Of a stretch of DNA of 64,000 nucleotides, positions 30,880-44,414 are shown in pieces; position 1 is the stretch's first letter, and each line of letters begins with the position of its first letter. The notes under the pieces were generated by a model. It saw only the letters and a program-made list of their open reading frames with translations, was not told the DNA's origin and did no database searches. Position numbers and translations under genes: made by a program. The DNA lies in the NCBI RefSeq assembly GCF_030144855.1, contig NC_082717.1:34844001-34908000 (forward strand), read 5' to 3'. This DNA comes from Hypanus sabinus. Its lineage: Eukaryota.

Positions 30880-31615
30880 GTATCTCAAACACCACGTAAT
30901 GAGGATATTTGGTACATCACCAAAGACTCAAATTTCTGCAGATATACGGTGGAGAGGAATCTGACTGATTGCATCACCAGATACGGAGTCTCCGATGCAC
31001 AGGATCACAGGAAGGCTGAAGAGAATTGTAGACTTCTGCCAATTCCATCATGGGCACAACTCTCTCTGCTACCATCTTCAAGAACTCAAACGGGTGGCAT
31101 TTGTTATTAAAGGCCCTCACCAGAATCAAGGTCATTATCACTGATGTATATTGTAAAATGTATTGTTCTGCAGCAGTACAGTGCAATACATAAAAGAATT
31201 AGTATAAGTTACAAGAGAAATAAAAAAATTGACAGTGCAAGAAGTGAGCAAATTAGGAGGGAGTGTCCATTGGTTCATGTACTATTCAGAAACCTGATGG
31301 TGGAGAGGAAGAGGCTGTTCTTAAAACATTGAGAGCACGTTTTCAGACTCATGAATCTCCTCTCTCATGGCAGCAATGAGAAAAGGGCATATCCTGGATG
31401 ATGAAGGTCAATGATGGATGTCGTCTTCTTCAGGCACCACCTTTTGAAGAGCTCAGAATTTTTTTTCTACCACCAGGGAGGAGGTACAGGAGCCTGAGCA
31501 TTCACTCTGAGTATTTTTAAATTATAGAAATTTTTATGTCATGCACTTTATCACTGCGGCTAAACACCAAATTTCACGACATAGGTCAGAGATAATAAAC
31601 CTGATGCTGATTATT
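30880..31615. mobile_element. Nested/inverted Rex1 3' fragments
   Basis: NFCRYTVE..LT.CI motif (+) and an antisense copy ~31120-31450. Confidence 0.55.
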
Positions 31616-31683
31616 CGTAAGAATCGCAATTTCTATGAACTGTAAATTCCCGTAGTACACCAGTGCTAACTAATAACTAACTA

Positions 31684-31917
<234 letters not shown>

Positions 31918-32019
31918 TTAGACTACTAATTATATGGACACGGACTCGGAAACCTTTGGAAAAGATAGCAATTGCAATCAGGAAGTTTATTGAAAGTAAA
32001 TTCAATGCAAAATCAATTA

Positions 32020-32778
32020 CGGGTTGAGCATCTTATCGGAAATGCTTGGGGCCAAAAGTGTTTTGGATTTTGGAATAAATAATAAGGGTAGTCATAATTT
32101 CCAACTCTGAATTTATGTGCTACTGGTAAGGAGTCTTTCTTTTGCACATATGTACTGAACAGTAAAGATTAATATATATTTTTAATATAATGAAAATATA
32201 ATGTGTGCAGGGTAACAAAAGCATCGGGAGAATAACTGAATCAGCTGTTGAACAACAACAGGCTTTCAGTCTCCAACTATGATGCTGTGTTTTGATTAAA
32301 AGTTTACAACACATTGTACTGTATTTGTATCTGTATTTTACATTTTTCTAGGTTTATGTAAGGTATAAAAACAATCTGCATTGTAGACTTGTTCTGGTGC
32401 TAGATTTTCACGATCAATAGATGTTTTAAATATTCTATGCCATGCCTTTTCTTAAATTTCTGCAATCGGCCTGCTGAATATTCGCAATTACCCTCAATTT
32501 TAAGTTTGTTGGGATAGGTCTTTTCTTGTTTCATGATCAGCATACAGGTAAGCAGCATATGTTTACTCCAATGCTGATCATACATGATAGATCTCTTCAT
32601 ATTTCTATTTTCCATTAACCTCTGTCACTTCTCACAACTGTCTGTGCTACACATTGCCTGAGAACCTTCCCAGCATCTTCTGGAATTTTCCATTTGTGAT
32701 ATCATTCCAGCGCTCAAAAAAATTCAGACTTCAGAGGTTTTCAGATTTTGAAATTTCAGATAAGGGGGAGACAACCTG
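32020..32778 (-). mobile_element. Tigger/pogo-type deletion derivative
   Basis: TA|CGGGTTGAGCATCTTATCGGAAA ... TTTCAGATAAGGGGGAGACAACCTG|TA; CENP-B-like HTH remnant YSAGRLQKFKKRHGI on the minus strand. Confidence 0.78.
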
Positions 32779-32840
32779 TACTTGGTATTCAATAACTGAA
32801 ACGGGTGCTGTCTTTGGCAAATAAACCGCAGAACACTAAC

Positions 32841-32927
32841 CTGAATTGTCTGCTTTCCATCACATCTGACAATATGATTTGAGACATTGAGCTCAATTCG
32901 ACCCTGTGGTTTACGGATGACATCACT
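32841..32927 (-). CDS. PLEKHH2: PLEKHH2 exon, PH1 (SDVIRKPQGRIEL...KQTIQ)
   Basis: 87 bp, atccag|AGT...CAG|gttagt. Confidence 0.93.
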
Positions 32928-33081
32928 CTGGATTCAGATATATGAATAAGATTATACATCAATAAATTCTACTTTGCAAATAATAGGACAATAACATTTA
33001 AAGATTTTTACTAAATCCCAGATTAAAATCTACAAGAAAGTTTTATATCTTAGCTCTAAATTTAATGACATCACAGTGCTA

Positions 33082-33234
<153 letters not shown>

Positions 33235-33584
33235 TTATTGTGCATTTTGTTTATGGTTATCTAATGAATCCTTAGTATGCATCTTTGCCTGTTCACGTTT
33301 TCAATTAAGTTAGAACTAAGCAAGAGAGACATTTAGTTATGCATGCCAAGAGAGAAGCTGTGACTTATTAAATACAAGAGGTAATACCACTTCTGGCTTG
33401 TAAACAATATGTTATTTATAGGGAGGGCAACCCATTCTCAAGGTTTTTAAAAGATCTGTTAACTATTTGCAATGAATGGTGAAAGACTTAGTTACGTACT
33501 TGAAGATGACTAACCTGTTGAACGGTCAGTACTTATCTTTATCCTGCCACTGTCCTGCACCAGCAGCAAGAGAAGGGGTGTGTG

Positions 33585-34562
33585 CTTAGTCCCCTGCTCT
33601 ACTCACTTTTCACCTATGACTGTGTGGTGAAGTACAGCTCCAACACCATATACAAGTTTGCTGATGACACCACTGTTGTGGGTCGTATCAAAGATGGTGA
33701 TGAATCAGCATATAGGAGGGAGATTGAAAACTTATCTGTATAGTATAATAACCACATGCTCTCACTCAATCTCAATAAGACCAAGGGACTGATTGTAGAC
33801 TTCAGGAGAGGGAAACCCGAGGTCCATGGGCCAATACTCAACAGAGGATCAGTAACTGGGTGTCGCTATCTCAGAGGACCTGTCCTGGACCCTACATATA
33901 TAATTGCAAAGAAAGCACAACTGCGCCTCTACTCCCTCAGGAGTCCGCAGAGATTCAGCATGTCATCCAAAATCTTGGCAAACTTCTATAGGTGGTGGAA
34001 AGTGTGCTGACTGGCTGCATTATGGCCTGGGATGGGAATATCAAAATCCTACAAAATGCAGTGGATTTGACCCAGTACATCATGGGTAAAGCCCTCCCAA
34101 CTGTTGAGCAAATCTACACGAAACACTGCCATAGAAAAGCAGCACCTATCGTTAAAGGTCCTCACCACCCAGGCCATGCTCTTTTCTCACCGATATCATC
34201 AGGTAGAAGGTACAGGTGCCTTAGGAATTGCACCACCAGGTCCAAGAACAATTACTACCCCTCAGTCATCAGGCTGTTGAACAAAAGGGGATAACATCAT
34301 TCATTCATTTCTAGTGTTCCCACAACCAATGGTCTCACACTAAAGACTCTTTATCTTGTTATTTCACGCTTTTGTTATTTATTGCTATCTATTTATATTT
34401 TCAATTGCACAGTCTGTTGTTCATTGATCATTGACTGTTTACAGCCACTGTTCTATAGATTTGCTAAGTATGCCCACAGAAAAAAGAATCTCGGGGTTGT
34501 ATGTGGTGACACGCATGTACTCTGATAATACATTTTGCTCTAAACTTTTTTTGAACTTTGAA
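33585..34562 (+). mobile_element. Rex1/Babar LINE 3' fragment
   Basis: IYKFADDTTVVG, LNLNKTK.LIVDFRR, VESVLTGCI, SGRRYR; TTGAACTTTG tail. Confidence 0.82.
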
Positions 34563-34941
34563 AGTTGGTCAAATATCCTGGTCCTGTTTGCTGTTTCTTG
34601 CCTTTGTAAATAAAGTTTATTAGGAGAAAGATAATGGGAGTTATGGGCACTGTCATTGCTTGTTGTTTGTGCTCTTGGTTTCAGCAAGCTGGTTCCAGGA
34701 TTGTTAAGGGCTCTTTGACCTGGCAAATCAAACTCATCTTAATTCCTTCCATGTTCAATGACCACTAACAAAACACTTCAAGCAGGGGTCATTGGTTAAT
34801 GATTGAATTGACTGATTTCTCCATATCCTCATCTGAAACATTATGGTTAGAGGTCATACTGTCAGATTAGTGAACTCAATATACATGTTGGTCAAACTAA
34901 TAATTATTCTAACCTGAATAGCTTAGTATTAAACCAGGCTA

Positions 34942-35208
<267 letters not shown>

Positions 35209-35455
35209 TCACAGGTTCAAGATGTAGGAATGTGTCTCGCTTAAGAACTATTCAGTTATTGGGATTTGGTTACAAGTCACACCTTGTCTGGAAGTTTCTC
35301 TAATTTACCAGAGATTAAGCTAATGCTGGAGATAAGCTCCCTTGGTTGTGATCGTGAATAAAAAGTCCAGTACTGCCTTGGTTTGCATTGCCTCACCAGT
35401 GAAAAGATAGTTTTTATATCTCCTCTATGAAATAAAACACTTCTATCAGATAAAA

Positions 35456-35632
35456 AAGAGAAAATCTGCAGGTGCTGGAAGTCCAAGCAACACACGCAAA
35501 ATGCCGGAGGAACTCAGCAAGCCAGGCAGCAGCTGTGGAAAAGAGTATTGTATACAGTCGACATTTCTGGCCGAGACCCTTCATTAGGACGGTTCTGATA
35601 AAAGGTCTCGACCCGAAACGTCGACTGTTCAC
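35456..35632. mobile_element. Inverted dimer of PLE hammerhead tails
   Basis: CAGTCGACATTTCTGGCCGAGACCCTTCATTAGGAC | CTGATAAAAGGTCTCGACCCGAAACGTCGACTG. Confidence 0.78.
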
Positions 35633-36115
35633 TCTCACTATAGGAAGGATGTGGAAGCATTGGAAAGGGTACAGAGGAGATTTACCAGGATGCTGCCTGG
35701 TTTAGAGAGTATGGATTATGATCAGAGATTAAGGGAGCTAGGGCTTTACTCTTTGGAGAGAAGGATGATGAGAGGAGACATGATAGAGGTGTACAAGATA
35801 TTAAGAGGAATAGATAGAGTGGACAGCCAGCACCTCTTCCCCAGGGCACCACTGCTCAGTACAAGAGGACATGGCTTTAAGGTAAGGGGAGGGAAGTTCA
35901 AGGGGGATATTAGAGGAAGGTTTTTCAGAGAGTGGAATGCACTGCCTGAGTCAGTGGTGGAGGCAGATACACTAGTGAAGTTTAAGAGACTACTAGACAG
36001 GTATATGGAGGAATTTAAGGTGGGGGGTTATATGGGAGGCAGGGTTTGAGGATTGGCACAACATTGTGGGCCGAAGAGCCTGTAATGTGCTGTACTATTC
36101 TATATATTCTATACT
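35633..36115 (+). mobile_element. CR1 LINE 3' fragment
   Basis: ORF 35651..36049 LERVQRRFTRMLPGL...WNALPE; TATTCTA tail. Confidence 0.9.
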
Positions 36116-36255
36116 CTACAGTGGATGTGGAGAGCATGTTTCCTATAATGTATTTTATTGAGTCTGAGTAAAGTTTATTAAAGGGGTAATTTTGATGTGG
36201 ATTTTGGAATCATAATTAGTGACGAGCATGAAGGGATCAATTTCTCAATTTTTCA

Positions 36256-36447
<192 letters not shown>

Positions 36448-36809
36448 TTAAGAAGATATCTGTGTTAATATATGGCAGAACTTCCTCGTTCTTGACTCTG
36501 TATTAATTTGATATGTGTGATAGTTGACAGGGTCGTTTAACTTATAGGAGCAAATTTTATTAAAGGTTTAGTGTTTAAACTTTTGGCAACTGTGGTAAAG
36601 GCATATACTACAACATACATGAACTTAAACCTTCCAACTTTTACAGAAGCATAGATAGAAACCATTTCAAAGTCGACACAGGAGTTCCCTCCCTCCTCCA
36701 CCCTGCTTCCTTATACTGGACGCATGGGATGGAGAATATTTCAAAGAACAATACCTGCTCATTTTGTTGAACCTTTGAATTGTAATTCTCTGATTTACGA
36801 ATATATTTT

Positions 36810-37160
36810 TAGAACATAGAAATTTACAGCACATTACAGGCCCTTCGGCCCACAATGTTGTGCCGTCCATGTAATCTACTCTAGAGACTGCTTAGAATTT
36901 CCCTAGCGCATAGCTTTCTATTTTTCTAAGCTCCATGTACCTATCTAAGAGGCTGTTAAAAGACCCGATTGTATCCACTTCCACCGGCAGTGCATTCCAT
37001 GCACCCACCACTCTCTGTGTGAGAAACTTATCCCTGACATCCCTTCGGTATCTATTTCCAAGAACCTTAAAACTATGCCCCCTCATGTTAGCCATTTCAG
37101 CCCTCAGAAAAAGCCTCTGGCTATCCACATGATCAATGCCCCTCATCATCTTATATACAT
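36810..37160 (-). mobile_element. CR1 LINE 3' fragment
   Basis: ORF 36892..37149 RGID.VDSQRLF...TQRVVGAWNALP. Confidence 0.88.
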
Positions 37161-38479
37161 TTTTAAGTATTCTTCATGCTAAATTTTACAGTCAACATAT
37201 CATGCAATACAGAAATAGCTGTAATAGAAATACAGAAAAAAGCTGAATCTTGGTAATGACAGAGATAATGAAATTCTATGCAGATTGAATTTAATAATAT
37301 AAACAAAATATAGTCACTATATATACAATATAGTGTGGGCTGTTCTCACTTAAGCACAGAGAGCAGCTCAAAATATATTCTTAAACCAGAATGTGATACT
37401 GAGCTGATATTGTGAAGTTAGTATTTACCCATCTAATCCCCTTTTAAAAGAGTTATGAGATGTGCGTCAAGGAGATTTTATAATAGAAAATGTCATGCCC
37501 TCATTGTAAAGGGTTTTAATTCTATAAATTCCTGTTGTCTTATTACTCTCCTGCCAAGTAATGGAGTCAATTTATAAACCTTTATCACTGTACAATCTTT
37601 TCTGGCTGCATAAGACAGCTCTTCAGCACAAAGTTCACAGCTGCAACTTTTCTTTGTGACAACATTCTAAGCTGTATTGGCATGGTCAGTTTACTCCTTG
37701 CCTTACAATTTTCATCTCTATTCCATTAGGGATCATGGGAACAACTTCTATAAGTACCTGTCTGTATTTATCGAAGGTGGTTACAACGAACTCCGCAGTT
37801 TCAAGATCGTGACATTTTTTATCAACAGCGTACCCGAAGTTCAGCTATGCGCCGGGGTGCTAAGAATTGTAGTGAGATGTATTCTCACAGTTTCTTTGGA
37901 AAAAAATCGACTATAAACATGTAACTGTAATTATTGATCTACACCTAAACCAATGTAAGGGAGCTGAATTGAAAATTTCATCATTATCATTATTATCTGC
38001 TGTGTCTTATGACGAGGGTGATTATGGTCTCATGACTATGATTGTTCTTGGCAAATTTTTCCACATAAGTGGTTTGACTCTTCCTTCTTTTGGGAAGCAT
38101 TGTTATAAGACATGAGACCCCAACCATTATCAATACTCTTCAGAGATTGTCTACCTGGCATCAGTGCTTTCATAACCAGGACTTGAGAGATGTACCAACT
38201 GCTGATACAATCGTCCACCACCTGCTCCCATGGCTTCATGTGACCCTGATCAGGGAGCTAAGCAGGTGCCATACCTTGTCCAAGGGTGACCCGCAGACTA
38301 GTGGAGGGAAAGAATGCCTTACACCTCCTTGATAAGAGATGTACCTCCACCCCAACACCCAAGGTTGCCTGAGTTTAGAAAAAGCTAAAAATTCAGAAAT
38401 ACTAAACAAAAGCCTCAATAGCTTACATTAGCGAATTGTTAAGTGTAAAATACTGCAGTACTTCAAATGTAGCAGAATA

Positions 38480-38845
38480 AAGGAGATGTTATAGAGGGAT
38501 ACAAAATTATGAGGGTTATAGATAGGGTAAATACATGCATTATTTTCCCCCCTGAGGTTGGGTGAGTCTAGAAATTGAGGTCATAGGTTTAATAATTAAG
38601 GGGAATATGAGCGGAAGAACGTCTTCACTCAGAGGGTGGTGTGAATGTGGAATGATCTGCCAATGGAAGTGGCTCATGTGGGTTCAATTGCAACACTTAA
38701 GAAAAGTTTGGACAAGTACATAGATGAGAGGGGCATGGAAGGCTATGGTCTGGGTGTGGGCTGATAGGCCTAGGACAAGAAATGAGTGAACATGAACCAG
38801 ACGAGCCATAGTGCCTATTTCTGTACTGTAATGCTCCTTTACTAT
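38480..38845 (+). mobile_element. Degenerate CR1 3' fragment
   Basis: YKIMR.IDRV..., FTQRVV..WN.LP remnants. Confidence 0.65.
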
Positions 38846-38885
38846 AACTCAATGTGGAATCATGGTTTTAAATTACACAACTCAC

Positions 38886-38980
38886 CCCTTTCAAAACAGT
38901 GTAAACTGGAGTGGCCATGCTATTATAAACCAAACTGGTGTAAGATTCCGATGTTGATTGTGAAGGCATGAAGCCAGTGC
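38886..38980 (-). CDS. PLEKHH2: PLEKHH2 exon (TGFMPSQSTSESYTSLVYNSMATPVYTVLKG)
   Basis: 95 bp, ttctag|GC...GGG|gtgagt, phase 1-0. Confidence 0.9.
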
Positions 38981-40075
38981 CTAGAAAATAATGAATATGT
39001 ATCATATAATTTGATTAGTATCCAGAAGCTACGTTAAAATTTTGTGCGTACAGAAATTAAATACATATCTAGTTGAAGGCATAGGACTGCTATACTGCCT
39101 TATTTGGAAGAGGATTAGACAAATTGTTTCTGATTATACTGACCTGTGCTGATCTGTCAGAACTCACTTGAGGTGATTAGAGCAGGGGATAATGAGTACG
39201 TTACCCTATTGTTGGAAGCCTACATAAGCCAGTGCACATATATGGATACCAGATCTACATAATAATTGACCACATCTACATAATAAACTTAAAGACATTT
39301 GAAAGCCCACCTCCCCTCCCCACTGACAAGAGAATGACCTAGGTCCACAAAGCAGCTGAGCCAAGAGGAAACTGATTTCAATTTCCAGTCTCTTCAGCTT
39401 ATTTGACCTAAGCAAGACTCAAGAGGCCATTTCTGAACATCTGGCAAAGGATGCTATTCACACAGGGAACAACTTTTAAATGACAGAATGGTGATAATAT
39501 ACTGTAAGGCACTGGACTACTGTTGTGTAAGACTTCTAGGGGTGCATTTTCACACATTCAAACAGCTGGCATACAAATCTAACAAATATGGATGACTGCA
39601 TTGGTGGGTCATAAGAATTTCCACTTCCCTGTTCCCAGTCAGTTTTCAGTGACTCCCATGGGAACATTTGTTCTGTGAATGTTGGGGAAAGGGAAGATTA
39701 GAGTCAGATGTGAAGCTTTGGTAAGTCAATCAATGTGACTTAGGCCCAGAGACAAAAAATGGTTGCCAAGACAAAATAGCTGAGAACTGCCACATTCAAA
39801 CTGTACTTCAGCAAAAATCACTCTTTTTTATATAAACTGAAAAGCCAAGGGAAATGCAAATGTTTTTACAATAGGCAAAATTTTCTTTAAACTAATCTTG
39901 TTAGACATATCAGAAAGGTCACTGATTAAACTTTTCATAGGAAAGTAAGCAAAATCCTGTAAAACTTTCTAAAACAGTAACCGTTCTATAATCACAGAAT
40001 TTTGTGAATGAGTGACCAGATACATAATTAATCCATTAATCGGAAACATTTCTCTTATAGGTACCAAATACTTAC

Positions 40076-40151
40076 ATTTGTTACTTGGATCTGTACTAAT
40101 GGCCTCTGACATTCTCATACCTGATTTGGCTACTGCATAAATTCTGCTCTC
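40076..40151 (-). CDS. PLEKHH2: PLEKHH2 exon (ESRIYAVAKSGMRMSEAISTDPSNK)
   Basis: 76 bp, atatag|GAG...AAT|gtaagt, phase 0-1. Confidence 0.92.
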
Positions 40152-41450
40152 CTATATGAAAAAGATATAGGAAAATCTCTTAACGTCACCAAGCTATCAC
40201 ACAAATTATTGGACTGCATGCTTTCAGAAATACGAATTCCACACCAGGATCAACAGCAAGTTTTTGATTACTGACTTATAGTCTGTTTCCAAACTGGTGT
40301 AAGATTCCGATGCTGATTGTGAAGTAACTGACCATTAATCTTGTACTCAGTACTTTGATTTTTAGAAAACCCTCAAGTACTTTTTAAACCATTTTTTTCC
40401 TCAAAAAACAAAGATTTGTTGGCCATATAGCATCTAATTCAATAATTTCACAGCTTTAATCATTTATTTTTATTTTTTATAATGAGAATACGGAGAGAAA
40501 TCAGAATATTGGTTATTTTCCGTTTTCAACATACAGCAAAGCCATACCGCAGAGTGGAGTTTAGCGTCTGAATGTGCGAGAAGATAGACTTTATAGCATC
40601 AAAGTACAGAAAACAAGCCAGCTGGCCCACTTTGCATGTATTGGCTGTTCTGAAAATTGCTCAAATAGTTCTCACCTCCATAAACTGCATCCCTTCAACT
40701 ATTTTTCCAATTCCTTTTGGAAATGTATTACTGAAGAGAGCAGATTGCACAACCCAATTTTCAGTTGTGTGGTAATGTAAATGTATATGTCACTATTAAG
40801 TACCATCCCCATCACCACATTTAGATTATGTTAGCTTAACTTCGGTTTTCTTTTACATATATTGCTTGAGCAAGCAGTCAAGGTTTCTTTTAAAATAATG
40901 CTTGGCAGATTCCCCATGTGCAGAGATGGGGAAAGCTTGTATAGCAGCCTTTCCCTAAACTCTGCACTTAATTTCAGTGTGTTCTGTACCATGAAGTTTG
41001 GACTTTGGAATCTGCTGGCTCGCATGACTTTTGGCAGATCTGATCACAAGTTCTTGGAATACTGGGGGGAATTCTGTCTGGGAACAGACATAAAGCAGTG
41101 ATGCTCCTTCTGTCTGTCTGTCACCAGACATTATTTCTGCTATCAGGATTATTTTGTTCGTCAGTGTATTTTTGGATTAACTGTTTTAGGTCTTAAATTG
41201 GATTAGCAGACAGACCAATTCTACATAAATGTTTAGGTAGGACAATTTCAAAAGAGGGATCAGTAATTCAAAAATTAAAAAGATATACGCTTCTAGACTG
41301 AAATGGATACTTGAGACCTTAGAGGTTAGTAAGGCTATGTTGATTTAAAGCTGTCAGAGCAACGCTAACATATTCAAAAAGTTACATAAAAAATTTAAGA
41401 AATAAAATATTAATGGCTACTTATCAACACAACAGAGCATTAGGATTTAC

Positions 41451-42376
41451 CCAGGATGGGAATCTGTGCAAAGGAGGAGTTGGTGGCTTGTTACTGGGAT
41501 GTTTGCCTTTGGTGTCTCCTGTGTTGAATTGCTCCTCAGTGATGTAGGTTTCAATTGATTCATAGCAAAACATTCCCTCTTCGTAGCCTGTTTCCATTTT
41601 CCCCAGAATATCACTTTCAATGTCAATGACATCAATATCTGTCTCTTCATGATCCACTGGCCTCATCATACTTATAGCATTACGGTTTCCACCAAACAGC
41701 CGATCAGTGCTTAACTGAGGCTGGCTGCAATGCTTCTTTGCTTTGGCCACATTTACACCGAATACATTGGGAACCCTCAACTTTGGAGGTGTTAAGTCTG
41801 AGGGTGAACTTGTGTCCGTTAAAGATGCTGTGGGGTGGATCCTGGTCACTGTTGGAGGTGATGTTAGAATTGGGCTTGGAATTTGCTTTTCATTGGATGA
41901 AGAATCGAGCCTTTGGGATTGAAATTTCTTGTTTAACTCATCAGAAGAGTAATCTTGATCTATTATTTTACTTAGTGTTTTTGGAAAATGATCCACCGCC
42001 TGAAGGAACTCTGCATCCTGTGACGGTGGTTTTCGCTCAGTTTCACTCTCGTCATCAAATGCAGCGCTGCTGTCATCCGATGCTGTTAAATAAGTGTCAC
42101 TCCCAATCTGACTAAGTCTAATTGCGTCTTCTGATGTCTGAGTGGAGGGGTTCGACCAGCATTTCGACCTTGTCTGATTTTTTCTCACTCCTTCATCGGA
42201 ACTGTCATCACTCAAAGGCATAAATACTGTGGCTTCTTCTTTTGATAAAAGCTGGTGATTGGTCAGTCCTTTGCTACCTTGTAGTTCCGATACACAGTTG
42301 CTTCGTGAGAAACACCTTTGATCTATTTCAGTATCTTGAACAGGCTTTGTGTGGGACCTCTTGTTCATTTCCTTGC
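41451..42376 (-). CDS. PLEKHH2: PLEKHH2 large Ser/Pro-rich linker exon (GKEMNK...TYLTASDDSS...KPPTPPLHRFPSW)
   Basis: 926 bp inside the 323-aa ORF, ttccag|GC...TGG|gtaaat, phase 1-0. Confidence 0.93.
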
Positions 42377-43446
42377 CTGGAAAGGATAAATACATGTTAA
42401 ATTATGCCCATAATTCTGTGATTAAAATGACAAGGATTGACGTATCAATGTGTTAAGTTAGAGATTTAAAATAGTAATGGACATAAAGTTATTCTTCTTC
42501 CTTGACTCCTTAAAATCGGACCAAGAAAGATACCAAGTTAAGCAGCAGGTTAGTACAGGAAATCAGAACTTCATCATTCCTAGAGAATTCTCTGTTAATT
42601 CCCACTATCCCTTTAAAAGTACATTGGCAAAAATCAGCTTGGCGCTGTTTTCCAGGTCTAATCGTCACTTTGCTAATTTGACCAGACCAAGATGCAATCA
42701 TGATTTCTGAGCTGGATTGGGATGGGACATGTCACTCCCTAATGCAAGTCTCATATGGAGCGTAGCCAGGGAAGGCTTGGTTCAGAAACACACAATCATC
42801 TAGAACTTGGGCCCTACGTAGATTGGAATAGCAGGGCTCTCTTCAGAGCAGTGTTATTTTAGGGTGAGCCAGCCAGCCTAGGGAACTCACTTCAGGTTTG
42901 TTGATTTGAACTTGTTTTAGCCTGGTTTTTTACATCCATGCCAACTCTTCTGCAATATTGACCTCAAAATCCAACCAAAGCTTATGACCTGACCCACTAC
43001 TGACCTCATGGGCACCAGGATCCAATTCCCTAACTGTACCGATCTATACAACTCAGGGATCACCCCCTGACTCAGTTATCATCCTCCCATACTAATAAGC
43101 ACTCTCTCCATTCCACCCAACAGGGTACAAGCAAAATGACCTCTCCTTGTTAAAGCTGCTGAGCAAAGTGGTCACAGACATGCAATGTGAATAGGTGCCT
43201 ATAGATGCTAATGAATTTTGAGGCCAATATTTTTTTCAGACTTTCCATAGAATGAGCAAACCACAGCAAAAATTAAAATAATTCTTTACCAATTTTCTAG
43301 AATGAAAGCACTTAAAAAATTAACAAGAAAAAAGTCTGTATTAACTTTTGATAGTAAAACATTGTCTTAGGTTGCCAGCTGGTGAATACTTAAAGAATGC
43401 CCAGCCCATAATATACATTGTACATTATTAGGAAGGAAGTTTCCAC

Positions 43447-43608
43447 CTGTAACTTGTCTGTCCAGTACTCCAGTTTCCAGAGTATTTTGCTGAAGACTTT
43501 GGGGATTTCCTTTAAAGTATCCAAAAGTCAGGCTGCTTAACCGCTGTGCTTTGCTTGAGGTTTCACTTCGACCAGATGGTGACTTCTGTTCGCGACTCCC
43601 TGTAAGGG
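43447..43608 (-). CDS. PLEKHH2: PLEKHH2 exon (LTGSREQ...QRLSSLTFGYF...DRQVT)
   Basis: 162 bp, phase 1-1, conserved QRLSSLTFG. The acceptor could be 43608 or 43599 (both in frame); donor gtggaa is weak. Confidence 0.75.
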
Positions 43609-43989
43609 CTGAAATGGAGTGGCATGGAATTTGTTATTTCAGCTTCCTGACTGCAGGGTAAAAGTGGTCTCTTTCCATATTGAAATGGTAGTCTAACTTT
43701 ATTGTAATAGATACTAGAAATTCCTTTGCACCAGAACTTCTCAAAACGAGACCTGTATTTCTCTGGTAAGGCATGTAGTTGTCCCAGCGCAGGAAAGAAA
43801 GGAACATTATGGGTCAGTCATTGACAAGTCAGGCTTTTATATATTAGAAATGGGGGAAAAAATAAACAACCTGCTGGGCAGCAAATGAATCAAGCTAGGT
43901 AAGAATACCAATTGAAACAAGATGAAGAGCGGGTTATTTGTATTTAAATCCTCTGTTTAATACAGGGCAAAGAAATGCACCTAACTAGA

Positions 43990-44410
43990 CATCAATGGAC
44001 CAGACTGTTGATTTGGAGAAGGCAAAAGGAGGGGGTGTCTGTGTTTCATGATAGACTCTTCATGGTGCTTGAATTCTCTGGTCTTGTGACTTGGAACATC
44101 TGACGATTAAGTGCCGACTGTTCTATTCACTGAGAGAGTTCACCTCTCTGATCCTGACCACGGTTTACATCCTGGTTGATGTTAAGAAAACACTCGAGGT
44201 ACTGAGTCCAGTGATTAGAAAACAAGAAAATGCCTATCCAGACGCCTTTCAAATCATTGTCAGGGACTTCAATCAGGCTTGTTTGAAGAAATCTCTATGC
44301 ATTTATTGTAAACATGTCACCTACAGCACAAGGGGCCCCAACACATCTGACCACTGTTATACTATAATTAGGAATGTTTACCATTCAATCCCTAGACTGC
44401 ATTTCAGGAA
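43990..44410 (+). mobile_element. Rex1/Babar endonuclease fragment
   Basis: ORF 44091 EHLTIKCR.FY..REF...DFNQA...TRGPNT.DHCY. Confidence 0.75.
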
Positions 44411-44414
44411 ATGA

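Noticed and set aside
41424-42395. 323-aa ORF as a standalone gene
   Set aside because: It is the large internal PLEKHH2 exon read into flanking intron; splice sites at 42376 and 41451.
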